Positions 38,578 through 50,294 are shown, counted from the first letter of the stretch. The stretch: DNA of 64,000 nt from Octopus vulgaris (GCA_951406725.2 OX597827.1:44578001-44642000), one strand, 5' to 3'. Numbers and translations are program-made. The notes: generated from the letters alone by a model not told the origin.

Positions 38578-38578
<1 letters not shown>
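36623..38578 (+). mobile_element. Young 5'-truncated RTE-clade LINE (RT C-terminal part, repeat-rich 3'UTR, (GAT)n tail) inserted in a (TACA)n(TA)n microsatellite
   Basis: Open RT frame, ~600-bp 3'UTR with ~100-bp duplications at 38040-38240, tail ATGATGATG at 38556-38578. The same (TACA)n(TA)n tract lies on both sides. Confidence 0.95.
36626..37966 (+). CDS. RTE LINE reverse transcriptase, 5'-truncated (no start codon or endonuclease), with an internal PHD-type zinc finger
   Basis: QFGF, FVDMEKAFD, GVHQGSVLSP, LYADD, FRYLG, LHGSETW, RLRWYGHVAR and GRGRPRKTW motifs; 446 uninterrupted codons. Confidence 0.9.
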   Translation, partial: DEMQFGFVPGKSTTDAIFLVRQLQEKYLAKDKPLYLAFVDMEKAFDRVPRSLIWGAMRKLGIDEWLVRAVRAMYRDAASRVRVGNEYSEEFRVEVGVHQGSVLSPLLFIIVLQAITEEFKTGCPWELLYADDLALIAESLSELEEKFQVWKQGLESKGLRVNLAKTKVVISRKVDKSQTPSGRWPCSICRKGVGRNSIRCTKCKLWTHKRCSNVKGRLTRKMVFVCGRCSGTINTENALRPTSVTFQGEKLEIVDSFRYLGDQVSSGGGCAESVTARVRIAWAKFRELLPLLVTKGLSHRVKGRLYDACVRTAMLHGSETWAVTAEDMRKLARNEASMLRWMCNASTHTRQSVSTLREKLDLRSISCGVQERRLRWYGHVARMDEDSCVKKCHTLAVEGTCGRGRPRKTWDEVVKHDLRTLGLTEEMTRDRDLWKCAVREKTRQDK

Positions 38579-38647
<69 letters not shown>

Positions 38648-38685
38648 TATATATACACACATGTGTGTGTGTATATATGTATATA

Positions 38686-38967
38686 TACTCTTTTACTTGT
38701 TTCAGTCACTTGGCTGTGGCCATGCTGGAGCACCGCCTTTAGACGAGCAAATCGAAGCGAGGACTTATTTTCTGTAAGCCTAGTACTTATTCTATCGGTG
38801 TCTTTTGCCGAACTGCTATGTTACAGGGACGTAAACAGACCAGCATTGGTTGTCAAGCAATGTTGGGGGAGACAAAAATGAATACACAAATGTATACACA
38901 CACACATACATATATATATATATACATATACATATACATATAAACAACAGGCTTCTTTCAGTTTTCG

Positions 38968-38998
<31 letters not shown>

Positions 38999-39161
38999 GA
39001 TGGGTTTTTTTCAGTTTCTGTCTACCAAGTCCACTCACAAGGTTTAGGTCAGCCTGAGGCTATAGTAGAAGATACTTGCCCGAGGTGCCACACAGTGGAA
39101 CTGAACCCAGAACTATGTGGTTTGTAAGCTAGCTACTTACCACACAGCCACTCCTGCACCT
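38686..39161 (-). mobile_element. Family A SINE with internal microsatellite-associated duplication
   Basis: Consensus match; the GGCTTCTTTCAGTTT segment appears twice around (TA)n. Confidence 0.85.
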
Positions 39162-39529
39162 AAATTATATACATGCTCACACATATATTACCTATTACCA
39201 TTCAAGCATCCACTTTTCCATGCTTGCATAGGTCAGACAACTCACTGGGGCAGATTTTTTCTGCTTGAATACCTTTCCTGTCACCAACCCTCACCTATTT
39301 CCAATAAGGTAATATTTCCCTGTGACCAGACATGTTTTCAAAACAGATTACCACCAAATGATATCATTTGTATAACAGTGGTCCTCGTTTACAATTATCA
39401 CACGACTTCAAGACAAGGAGACACACATGCACACATACTTCTGTTTCCGGCTACCAATTCAGCACACATGGCTTTAATCAATATGCAGTGGGACTGAACA
39501 GGAAATCACCCCACTCCCACCCTCCGCCG

Positions 39530-39866
39530 AGTGGCTAAATGGCGTTCGTGCCAGAGTGGCTAACTGGCACATAAGAAGCACCATTCGAGCGTGATCGTTA
39601 CCAGCGTCGCCTTACTGGCACTTTTGCCGGTGTGCAGCTGACACGTAAAAAAAAAACACGATTTTTCCATGACCGTTGCCAGTGGCACGTAAAAGCACCC
39701 ACTACATTCTCAGAGTGGTTGGCATTAGGAAGGGCATCCAGCTGTAGAAACTCTGCCAAATCAAGGTTGGAGCCTGGTGCAGCCATCTGGTTCACCAGTC
39801 TTCAGTCAAATCATCCAACCCATGCTACTATGGAAAGCGGACATTAAACGATGATGATGATGATGA
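39530..39866 (+). mobile_element. RTE 3'UTR fragment (family C)
   Basis: TGGCACGTAAAAGCACCCACTACATTCTCAGAGTGGTTGGCATTAGGAAGGGCATCCAG...; (GAT)n tail. Confidence 0.8.
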
Positions 39867-41399
39867 TTGCACTTGTTTGTGGACTAAATATTTTAAAGAG
39901 GTTTGTGTCAATCACTAGATCCCAGGTTCAATCTCATTGTTTGATATATTTAGCGCTAAATGCCTTTTTTACTTTAGCCTCAGGTCAACTCAAACCTAGT
40001 GAGTGAAACTGGGTAGACGGGAACTGGGTAGAAACCCATCAGAGGGAAAATAATGTTTATTTTTGTATACTTCCACTTTATTTATATTTGAAAAGTTTCC
40101 TCATACTTTTTTGAATTGCGAAATCTTTGATCAGATCCTCAAAATTAATCATAGGTAACACAGCTGCATCTATACTTAGTTGAGATAAAGGCATACCGAA
40201 TATTATTTTAGCAGGTTTAAAGTGATTTCGTTTGTGCTGTAAACCATCTACCACTTCTGTGGTGCCTATCCCTCTCCCCTTGATGCCCTAAGCACATGCT
40301 TATTTTGCTTAATGGTTAATCTAGTGCTGTGTCCATAGCAGAGACACTACTTAATGACTCAGTTTAGTTGTAAATTGGAACTACAAGTAATAATAGCTTA
40401 CTGCTGTTAGTAGCAAAAGAACTGTCCTGACACAGTTACTACCAATTACATTAACATTCCTTTCTCTAAAACTAGATTCTGTAAATTATTTCTCTACCCA
40501 CTCTTTATATCTCCAGGAGGTAATTCATCAGTCACTTAGCACTAGCAGGACAAGCTATGCTACTAATGACAATTTTTATCATAAAAGATAAAATGATTCA
40601 GTGAAAACAACAGAAGAAACATTATATCTATTTTGAGGTGTTGGAATGTGGAGTTGTCCTATGGTGTGTGCAATCAGTATCACAGTTACCTGACAAGCAA
40701 CAGGTGCACAGTTCAATTTTCATCAGTGACTCTGCTGTTTCTTGTTACTGTTTTTCTGCCTCAAATTGGTTATTTCATAAAGCTTAGTTTAATTTACATT
40801 AAAATCTTAGCATTTAATTAATTTTTATTGTAGGCAAGCTATTGCTATTGCACCGATTATCAGTTTTATACGAAGGAGAGACCAAGGAGCTATATTCTTT
40901 TACTTGTTTCAGTCATTTGGCTACAGCCATGCTGGAGCACCTCCTTAAATATATTGATTTTCTTTTTTCTTTGTGTGCACCTTGTCTTAGAAGTGTAACT
41001 TCTTTTTTTTTTTTATTCTAATACAAGAACAGTTTGTGTTTTGCTGTATTGTAGAGCAGGTACATTACTGTGAAATATTTTATCTAACTTTGTCCAGGAC
41101 AATAGAGAAATGCAAAAACTTGAACTCAAAACAGCCTGCTACCTGACTGTTGTACTGCTTCCTACCAAAGCAAAGTTCACCTTAGAGGATAGGCCTAAAC
41201 TTTTGTGTGGTTTAATACCACCACACTCTGTTAAGTCTTTGTACCAGATCCCACCTGACTATGTTTTCTTAGCAGTCATTGACCCATAGGCCTTTCTTCT
41301 TAGGGAGATCACCTAAACTTCACCTGTCACCGAAAGCCTCCACCCAATACTCTGCTCTGTTAACTACCTTAAACAATTTTTCTTCTTTTTTTTCTTTAA

Positions 41400-41584
41400 C
41401 CTTTTAGCATTCAGATTACTCTGTCAGAAGTAATGCTTATTTAATCACATTGTTTTGAATTAACCATGCATTATCTTGTAATTCCCTTATTTTTTGAAAC
41501 ATCATTGTAAATTAAGTGTGAGAGGCCAGATCTGGCCAGGGTTATCATAAAACTGGTAGAATATTTGAGCCAGATGCCAAAGGG
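41400..41584. mobile_element. TTAA-type MITE, opposite orientation
   Basis: TTAA|CCTTTTAGCATTCAG...TGCCAAAGGG|TTAA. Confidence 0.8.
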
Positions 41585-41627
41585 TTAAAGATTTATCTCT
41601 ATCACATTCCATTAGTATTTATAAACA

Positions 41628-42030
41628 ATAGGCGCAGGAGTGGCTGTGTGGTAAGTAGCTTGCTAACCAACCACATGGTTCCGCGTTCAATCCCACTGCG
41701 TGGCACCTTGGGCAAGTGTCTTCTACTATAGCCTCGGGCCGACCAATGCCTTGTGAGTGGATTTGGTAGACGGAAACTGAAAGAAGCCCGTCGTATATGT
41801 ATATATATATATGTTTGTGTGTCTGTGTTTGTCCCCCTAGCATTGCTTGACAACTGATGCTGGTGTGTTTACATCCCCGTTACTTAGCAGTTCAGCAAAA
41901 GAGACCGATAGAATAAGTACTGGGCTTACAAAGAATAAGTCCCGGGGTCGATTTGCTCGACTAAAAGGCGGTGCTCCAGCATGGCCACAGTCAAATGACT
42001 GAAACAAGTAAAAGAGAAAAGAGTAAAAGA
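41628..42030 (+). mobile_element. tRNA-derived SINE, family A, full-length reference copy
   Basis: A box TGGCTGTGTGG, B box GCGTTCAATCCC, CACCTTGGGCAAG, central (TA)/(TG)n, 3' GGTGCTCCAGCATGGCCACAGTCAAATGACTGAAACAAGT followed by AAAAGAG repeats. Confidence 0.92.
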
Positions 42031-42839
42031 GAATTATAATGTTTGTAGAAATGAAAGACAATGAACAAGAAAGTTCATAGATGGTTAATAAAATTGAATT
42101 TAGCGTTTTGCATAAATTCTAATTATGATCTTTTAGTCTCTCTGCCACACTCCCTCATATCCCACCTGCAGGATATGAAAAAAGAATAAATATAGGTCAG
42201 GAACCATTAGCTTGGTAATCCAATAATGCAGAAGTCTTCAAAATAGAATGGTATTTGAAATACAGTATGGTGTGTAATGTGTATTTAATCTATGGGTGGT
42301 TTTTCTGTTTTTGGTTTTTCCATGTGCATTTTTAAAAATAAATAATTGAATTTCTTTTCATGTATTTATTAATTAAATACTTTTTAACCGAAAGTAATTA
42401 TCAAATTTTCCAATCAACATGATTCTGCTTGTTTTGTTTTTTTTGTGGGTAGGGATGATTTTTTTTCTTTCATTTTTTTATATGTAGATGTAAGCGCTGA
42501 TGTAAAATGGAAATATAATCAGCATTTTCATCTGTAAAAACTGAGTATTTTACATAGAATTCAGCAAGCAGCTTCTTGTTACATAGGAGCTCTCTCTCTC
42601 TTTCACTTTTCCTTTTTCTCTCTCACTTTACCTCTTTCTCTGTGTTCCTTTCATTTGCTTTTTCTTATTCTTCTGTCTGTCTCTCAGTCTATTTTTCTCT
42701 GTGACTTCACAAGCTTTTCTTTCATTTGGTTATGAAATAATTAACACCCCTCACTTACAGTGCATATTCTAACAGAAGAAACTCTGTTATTACTCTCCAG
42801 TCTTTAACTGCAACATAAAAAGAACCTAAGAGCACTCTT

Positions 42840-43905
42840 ACCGATGTCATGTGAATAGCACCCATGCAGGTGTCACATGCAGAGCACCCATGCTGGTATC
42901 ATGTGAAGAGAAAATCACCCCTGGTAGTGTCATGTGAAGAACACCCATGCCGGTGTCACATTAACAGCACCTGTGCCAGTGTCACATTAACAGCACCTGT
43001 GTCAGTGTCACATTAACAGCACCTGTACCGGTGTCACATTAACAGCACCTGTGCCGGTGTCATGTGAATAGCATCCATGCAGGTGTCACATGCAGAGCAC
43101 CCATGCTGGTATCACATTAACAGCACCTGTGCCGGTGTCATGTGAATAGCATCCATGCAGGTGTCACATGCAGAGCACCCATGCTGGTATCATCGAAGAG
43201 AAAATCCCCCCTGCTAGTGTCATCTGAAGAACACTCATGCCGGTGTCACATTAACAGCACCTGTGCTGGTGTCATGTGAATAGCACCCATGCCAGTGTCA
43301 TGTGAAGAGTGCCCATGCCGGTGTCGCATGAAGAGCGCCTGTGCCAGTGTCACATGAACAGTGCCCATGCTGGTGTCACGTGAAAAGTGCCCATGCTGGT
43401 GTCACGTGAAAAGTGCCCATGCTGGTGTCACGTGAAGAGCAGCCATGCCAGTGTCACATGAAGAGCAGCCGTGCCAGTGTCACATAAAGAGTGCCCATGC
43501 TGGTGTCACGTGAAAAGTGCCCATGCTGGTATCACGTGAAGAGCAGCTGTGCCAGTGTCACATAAAGAGTGGCCGTGCCGGTGTCACATGAAGAGTGCCC
43601 ATGCTAGTGTCACGTGAAGTGCACCCGTGCCAATGTCACATGAAGAGCCCCCGTGCCGATGTCACATGAAGAGCACCCATGTTGGTATCACATAAAAAGC
43701 ACCCATACTAGTGCCAGTATCATTAAAGAGCACCTGTGCCAATACCATTAAAGACACCAATGCCAAATCCACATAGAAAGCACCCATGCCAATACCATTA
43801 AAGACACCAATGCCAAATCCCCATAGAAAGCACCCATGCCAGTGCCAAATAAGGAGCACCTTTGCCAGTGCCATGTATAAAGCACCCATGTTGGTGCTAT
43901 GCAAA
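42840..43905 (+). repeat. 26-bp minisatellite (~33 clear units to ~43700 plus decayed units) expanded from an RTE 3'UTR motif
   Basis: Unit TGGTGTCACGTGAAAAGTGCCCATGC (period 26, e.g. 43371 and 43397). It runs directly into the RTE tail at 43905-44055, which ends in (GAT)n. Confidence 0.9.
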
Positions 43906-44291
43906 AAGTACCCAGTACACTTTGTAAAGTGGTTGGTGTTAGGAAGGGTATCTAGCCATAGAACCATACCAAAAAAATAATTAGAAGGCTAGCCAGCTCC
44001 TGCCAAACCATCCAGCCTACGCTACATGCAAAATGGACATTAAATGATGATGATGAAAAAAGTTATAGGTAAAATTAATAGAATGTTGCTGATGCAACAC
44101 TGTGCAAGTGAATCCAAAGATCCAGCCTTCAGTGGTAGACCTTACCTACCATCCAGTCTAACATCCACCACTTAGCACTTTAGATGAATTTAGTAGTGCT
44201 CACTTAGTTCTGAGCATTCAAACCACCATCTGCCCTATTGGTGTCCATGGTTTCCCTGTAAATATTCAAGCTGGACATTAGCCACATCAGT

Positions 44292-44601
44292 TCTATATTT
44301 AAGAGATGAGGAATTATGTACATTATTTATATTTGACGGATATTTAACCACTATGCCATATGCCCATGGGCTTATGGCGTAGTGGTTAAGAGCACGGGCT
44401 ACTAACCCTGCGATTCCGAGTTCAATTCCAAGCAGTGACCAATAATAATAATAATAACATTGAAAAATACCTTATAAATGAGAACCCAGGTTCGAAATTT
44501 CCCCAAGACACCTGAAGAAGGCTGGAGGGTATATCAGCCGAAATGTTGTGTTAACAACAAAGATGAGGACAAATATCTGTTGAATGTAAATAATGTAAAT
44601 A
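44292..44601 (+). mobile_element. TSD-flanked non-autonomous retroelement: inverted partial copy, tRNA-like head, (AAT)n, Penelope-type tail with hammerhead motif
   Basis: 15-bp direct repeat ATTAGCCACATCAGT at 44277-44291 and 44602-44616. A box TGGCGTAGTGG 44375-44385; B box GAGTTCAATTCC 44418-44429. Palindrome 44344-44389. 44312-44345 is the reverse complement of the tail 44571-44603. Confidence 0.8.
44507..44552 (+). ncRNA. Minimal type I hammerhead ribozyme motif
   Basis: Stem I GACAC/GTGTT; core CTGAAGA plus an extra A; stem II GGCTG/CAGCC; GAAA; vestigial stem III A-TG-T (A-CG-T in the 20.8-kb copy); predicted cleavage after 44547. Activity untested. Confidence 0.75.
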
Positions 44602-45218
44602 ATTAGCCACATCAGTATCTCCAGTTTACAAAAATCATGGGCAGTGTCCCTCTTTCTTTCCTTGTCATGTATTGAATAAATATATTTTCTCATCATTCTT
44701 ATCTTCCAATGAATGATGCCTTCATAATGATGTTGCAGTGTTAATAGCAATAATTTATTGGGAATTTTTTGTTTTCGTTTAATTTTTCTATTGCATGTGA
44801 TGCAAGCATGGTTGTGTTGTTAAGAAGCTTGCTTTTTAACCATGGGGTGTCAGGTTCTACCCCATTGTGAAGCACCTTGGGCAAGTGTTTTCTACTATAG
44901 AGCTGGAACAACCAAGGATTAGAGAGTGAATTTGGTAGGTGGGAACTTGATAGAAGCTTGTTGTATATGTTTGTATGTGTATATGTATAGGAAGGAAGTG
45001 TCTCCTTGTCTTGTCATCACATGATGGCTATTGTATTCAGAAAATTCATCATAAAAAATTTTCCTGTGTAGGAAAATTCAACATAACACAAATTTTCCGT
45101 ATGGACAATGATAAAGCATATTATATCAGCATTTTTTAAAATAAAAACAAAAAAAGACTGATAAATGGTTTTATTAAAGCATTAACTAGGCAAGCCTTTA
45201 TTCAACATCAAACATTAA

Positions 45219-45879
45219 TCCTTTAGCATTTAAGCTGGCCAGAATATTCCATTTGTTTTATGTATAAACTGGCCAGATCTGGCCTCTCACAACTACTCTG
45301 CAATGTCATTCTAAAAATAAACAGTCACCTCATTGAAATATCAAAGCTACAAGATAATACATGACTAATTCAAAACAATGTGAATAAATAAGCATTACTT
45401 CAAACAGAATGTGAACACTAAAGGATTAAAAAAACATAAGTTTATTTAACCCTTTAACATTTGGATTAGCCTTTCAAATGTAATGCATATTTATTTGCAT
45501 TATTTAAAATTGTGCATTATCTTGTAACTGTGAGATTTCAATAATTTGACTCTTTATTTTTAGAAAGACTTTGTAGGAGTAAGAGGCAGGATTTGGCTAG
45601 TTTGAACCTAAAACTGGTAAAATCTTAGCCAGATATAGATAGCTTAACCCTTTCATTACCAACCTGGCCGAAACCGGCTGTGACTCTGTAGTACAAATAT
45701 CTTGTTTTCATAAGTTTTGAATTAAAATCTTCCACCAAACCTTAGTCCCAATTTATGTTCCCAACACTAGCTTAATGATGACTAAGTTATTTTACTGAAT
45801 TCTTTGTTATATTTAAAATAATTGAAAGAAACACAGAGCATCTCAAAATAAATAGGGTAACGAAAGGGTTGCTAAAAGG
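45219..45879. mobile_element. Cluster of three TTAA-type MITEs (45219-45425; 45450-45879 with nested 45648-45868)
   Basis: Repeated TTAA|CC(C)TTTA...TAAAGG(G)|TTAA ends. The inner CCCTTTCATTACC...GGTAACGAAAGGG sits at a TTAA of the outer element. Confidence 0.7.
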
Positions 45880-46094
45880 TTAAAGTGAAATCCTATGATC
45901 AGTGGTTGTAAATGAGCATCGTTCATTTCCAGTCTTCTGAGAAACACATGACTTGCCATGAGGTAATATTACTTTGCTTGGAAGCCAGCGAGGCTTGGTG
46001 ACAAATAGAGCATATGACCTTAGAAAATCTGCTTCTGTGAATTCCGTCTGATTCGTGCAAGCAAAGAAAAGTGGACATTAAAATAATGATGCCG

Positions 46095-46475
46095 CATAGG
46101 AGTAGCTGTGTGGTAAGTAACTTGTTTACCAACCACATGGTTCCGGGTTCAGTCCCATTGCGTGACACCTTGGGTAAGTGTCTTCTACTATAGCCTCGGG
46201 CCAACCAAAGCCTTCTGAGTGGATTTGGTAGATGAAAACTGAAAGAAGCCCATTGTATATATGTAAATGTGTGTGTTTGTGTGTCTGTGTTTGCCTCCCT
46301 CGCCATCACTTGACAACCGATGCTGGTGTGTTTACATCCCCATAACTTAGCGGTTCAGCAAAAGAGACCGATAGAATAAGTACTGGGCTTACAAAGAATG
46401 TCCTGGGGTCGATTTGCTCAACTAAAGGCGGTACTCCAGCATGGCTGCAGTCAAATGACTCAAACAAGTAAAAGA
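46095..46475 (+). mobile_element. Family A SINE, full length
   Basis: Consensus match from head to tail. Confidence 0.9.
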
Positions 46476-47849
46476 ATATGTCACAGTTAGGAAAATCTTT
46501 CATGTAATTTCATTGCAATACACCAATACAACAATACGAACACTACTTACCTAAAACCTAAAAAATAGTGACTAGGCAACTACTTGGAAAATGTAAAGAC
46601 CAAATGAAGGAGTGCTTCTGTGTTTCTTTGTTATATGCAAAGACATTGCATTGCTCATTTGGTACCAATTTTTTTTTTTTTTAATGCTAATACACTAGTT
46701 TCTGATGCCAAACATTTCAAGTATTCCTATAATCCTGCTAATGTAGTTTATTTCATGATGACGATAAATTTGCAGGGAAAAGGTTTGGTACCAGACTAAA
46801 TGCTTTACCGTATCTGATTCCCTTTCTACCTCCTTTCTTTTCTTTCCTTTGTACCCTTCCTGTCTTCCTTTCTTTTCTGCATTCCTCTTTCTAATCCTGC
46901 TGAGGTTGACTTTGAATTTTAAACCTTCTGCACAAATGTAGTCAGTCATTGAAATAAGTATCAAGTAACAGACAGGATTTATTTTAAGAATTAATTGAAT
47001 TCATTATAAAAAGAATTACAAAAAATACTTTTATTTTTTTTTTTTAAGAATTATCTCCCCTAAACTTACTGTAACGTTACGCTTCTTTCTCCTTGTACTA
47101 CCTCTAAATGCTGATAATGTATGTAAAAACAAACAAACATAATTTAATGCCACGTCTTTTATAATTGTAATTATCATTGTTTCTTTGTATTATTTTGAGC
47201 TGTAGAAAATGACACTACTTCTGTCTATCTATCAGTGAACTTTCTTTCCTTGGAGTTAAAAAATTTCAACTATCATTTTTTTTTTTTTTAAATTTTATTT
47301 TACTGGATTTAAACTGTTTAATCTGCCACTTCTTTCCTGCCATCTCTTTTGGAAAATATCTAAGTTAATGAGAAAAGATTGAAGGCAAAAAAAAAAAATT
47401 TTTTTTCTTTGTTTTAAGAATTAAATTAATTCATTAAAAAAATATTTACTTTAAAAAAAAAAAATTTATCTCCCTTAAGCTAAACTATGATGTTATATTT
47501 CGTTGTGTTTGAAGTTTATAATTGATGAATATCAAACAATGAAATTGTTACATCATGACAGACTGGATTTGCTTGTGCTACATTTCCATGTCCTCCACAA
47601 GAACTTCTTTATAAATTTCAACTGGCCATTTTCATTTATTTATTGGAATTGTCTGAATATTTTGCAAGTGAGACGTCAACATTCACAATCAGTTTTATTT
47701 TACAGTTTTTATATTTTAGTTAACAAAGGTTTTTTTTTTTTTAGTATTTAATTTTTAACTTTAATGTTTTCCTTTACTCTTTCATACATTAGAGCAGATA
47801 GGAATGTGAAACTGCTGTATCTAGACATAAATATAATGCAGACATATAA

Positions 47850-48245
47850 CACAGGTATGGTTGCATGGTAAAAAGTTTGCAAGTTTGCTTCCCATCCACG
47901 TGGTTCCAGGTTCAGTCCCACTGTATGGCACCTTGGGCATGTGTCTTCAACTATGGCCTTGGGCCAACTAAATTCTTTTGAGTGGATTTGGTAGGCAGAA
48001 ACTGAAAGAAGCCCATCATGTGTATGCATGTATGTGTGTGTCTGTGTTTCCCTCCCACCACCACTTGACAACTGCTGTTGGTGTGTTTACATCCCCATAA
48101 CTTAGCAATTTGGCAATAGAGACTGATAGAATAAGTACCAGTGTTTAATAAACGTAAATACTGAGGTCAATTCAGCTAAAATTTCTTCAAGACAGTACCC
48201 CAGCATCACCACTGCCTAATGACTGAAACCATTAAAAGATAAAAG
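47850..48245 (+). mobile_element. Family A SINE, older subfamily
   Basis: CAGGTATGGTTGCATGGTAA...GGTTCAGTCCCA...ATGACTGAAACC. Confidence 0.8.
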
Positions 48246-48744
48246 ATATCTGTTTGTAACTTGATGTAAGCTTGCTTCAGAGTTCCAAGATTCTGGGCTT
48301 GAGCAAGTGTCTTATTTCACAGCTTAAGTGAAGCCTTTTTATGTGACAAAACCATGTGTAAAGCCATCAGATTGAATGTATCTATTCTTGTGTAATACAT
48401 GTAATTCATGGCTTGGTTTAACAGTACCACCTGATTCTTTGGTACCTTTTGTGGAGATTAGGAATTAAAGAAAACTCTCACTTTCTTTTGAGAAGCAAAT
48501 ATTGATCAGCTGCTCCTTTAATTGCTCTTGAACAAGTTTTTCAGACTTGCAAAGAGAATCCATAATGACACAGTTGTGCTATAATTCCTTCTCAGACTGA
48601 GCTTTGTCCATATTCAGAATTCTCTTGTTGGAGACAATTTTGGCAAAACTGTCTCCATTTGTGAAATTCTTGATCAATGTGTGTGTGTGATGTTGATGTT
48701 AGTGCTGCCAAATGGTTCCAAAACTACTCTGAGTATTATTTTTT

Positions 48745-49083
48745 TCTTGGAGCACCACCTTTAGTCAAACAAATCAAGCCCAGGAATTATTCTTTGTAAG
48801 CCTAGTACTTATTCTATCAGTCGTTTTTGATGAGCTATTAGGTTACAGGGATGTAAACACATCAACATTGGTTGTCAAGTGATGGTGAGGGGACAAACCC
48901 AGACACACAAACATATACATATATATATAGATGATGGGCTTCTTTTAGTTTCTGTCTACCAAATCCACTCACCAGGCTTTGGTCAGCCCAAGACTATAGT
49001 AGACACATGTACAAGGTAAGACTGAACCTGGAGCCATGTGGTTAGTAAGCAAACTTCTTACCACACAGCCACACCTGCACCTA
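48745..49083 (-). mobile_element. Family A SINE
   Basis: Consensus match, tail truncated. Confidence 0.8.
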
Positions 49084-49104
49084 ATATTAATATTAATAAT
49101 AATA

Positions 49105-49507
49105 TTGGTTTCAAATTTTGGCATGAAGTCAGCAATTTTTGGAGAAGTAGGTAAGGTGATAACATCGGCCCCAGTGTTTAACTAGTACTTATTTTATTAA
49201 CCACAAAACAATAAAAAGGTAAAGTTAACTTCAGCGGAATTTGAACTCAAAATATGAAGACAGACAAAATGCTGCTAAGTGTTCTGCTTGGCATGACACC
49301 AATTCTGTCAGCTCACTGACTTGATTTTAATAATAATATTGGTTTCCAATTTTGGCACAAGGCTAGCAATTTTGTGAGGTAGGATAAATTGATTACATCA
49401 AGATCTCTACTGTTACTTATTTTATTGACCTCAAAAGGATGAAAGGCAAAGTCAACCTTGGCAGAATTTGAATTCAGAATGTAGAGACAGACGAAATGTC
49501 ACTGAGC
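49105..49507 (-). mobile_element. Two tandem family B SINEs
   Basis: Both begin on + with TAATAATAATATTGGTTTC(A/C)AATTTTGGCA and contain TACTTATTTTATT...GAATTTGAA. Confidence 0.8.
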
Positions 49508-50294
49508 ACAGATGTGCCATTTCCTTGTATTCAGTGAAACTGTTGTCATTGTTTTTGACGACACGAACACACTAGTAGATTTCATGATGATGGTTATAAG
49601 TAGTTATGATTTTTTTCTTTTAACAATTTCACATGAACTTAAGATAGAAATAAATCATTGCTTTGAAATCCATCGATATATATATCCACATACTTTCTCC
49701 ACCACCACTCCTCATCTAACTATGAGACTTGTTAAATTTTGATTTTTCAAGGTGAATTCATCATCTCACTTTGACCTTCATTCCATTGCTTTTTCTAATC
49801 TACTACCACCACAACTACTAAATCATTATCACATCATCACTCTCACCGTCACCTTTAAGTGTTTCAATATTCGTTAGGGTTTGTTTTGTTTTTAATTTTT
49901 TTGTCTCTTTTTTTTTCTTTCTTTTTGTGTTGTTTTTCTTCTGAATTTTTATTGAAAATTTCACCAATTTTTATTGAAATTTTTTACAATTTTTATTAGA
50001 AAAATTTTCACAATTTAATCGCAATTCACAATTTTAAAATAGATTTCTGCTTATTGATCTTCTCAAGATGTTTCGAAAGGATGTTTTTTTTTACCTATTC
50101 TTTTAAATTCTTTTTTTCCATTTCTTTTTACTTTACAATTTGTTTTCTTCTTTCAGTGTTAACATTTATTTGTCTATCTATCATTTTCTGTGAATGTCAT
50201 AATAGTAATACTGGTGACCACCACTAAGTAATTTTTTGCAAGTGATGGTGGGTGTGGTTATATTAGTGTTGTGGTGGTGATCAGTCCTTATTTA

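Noticed and set aside
42840-43905. Regular repeat array with dyad symmetry, superficially CRISPR-like
   Set aside because: Units are contiguous with no unique spacers, there are no cas genes, the context is eukaryotic, and the unit derives from the RTE 3'UTR.
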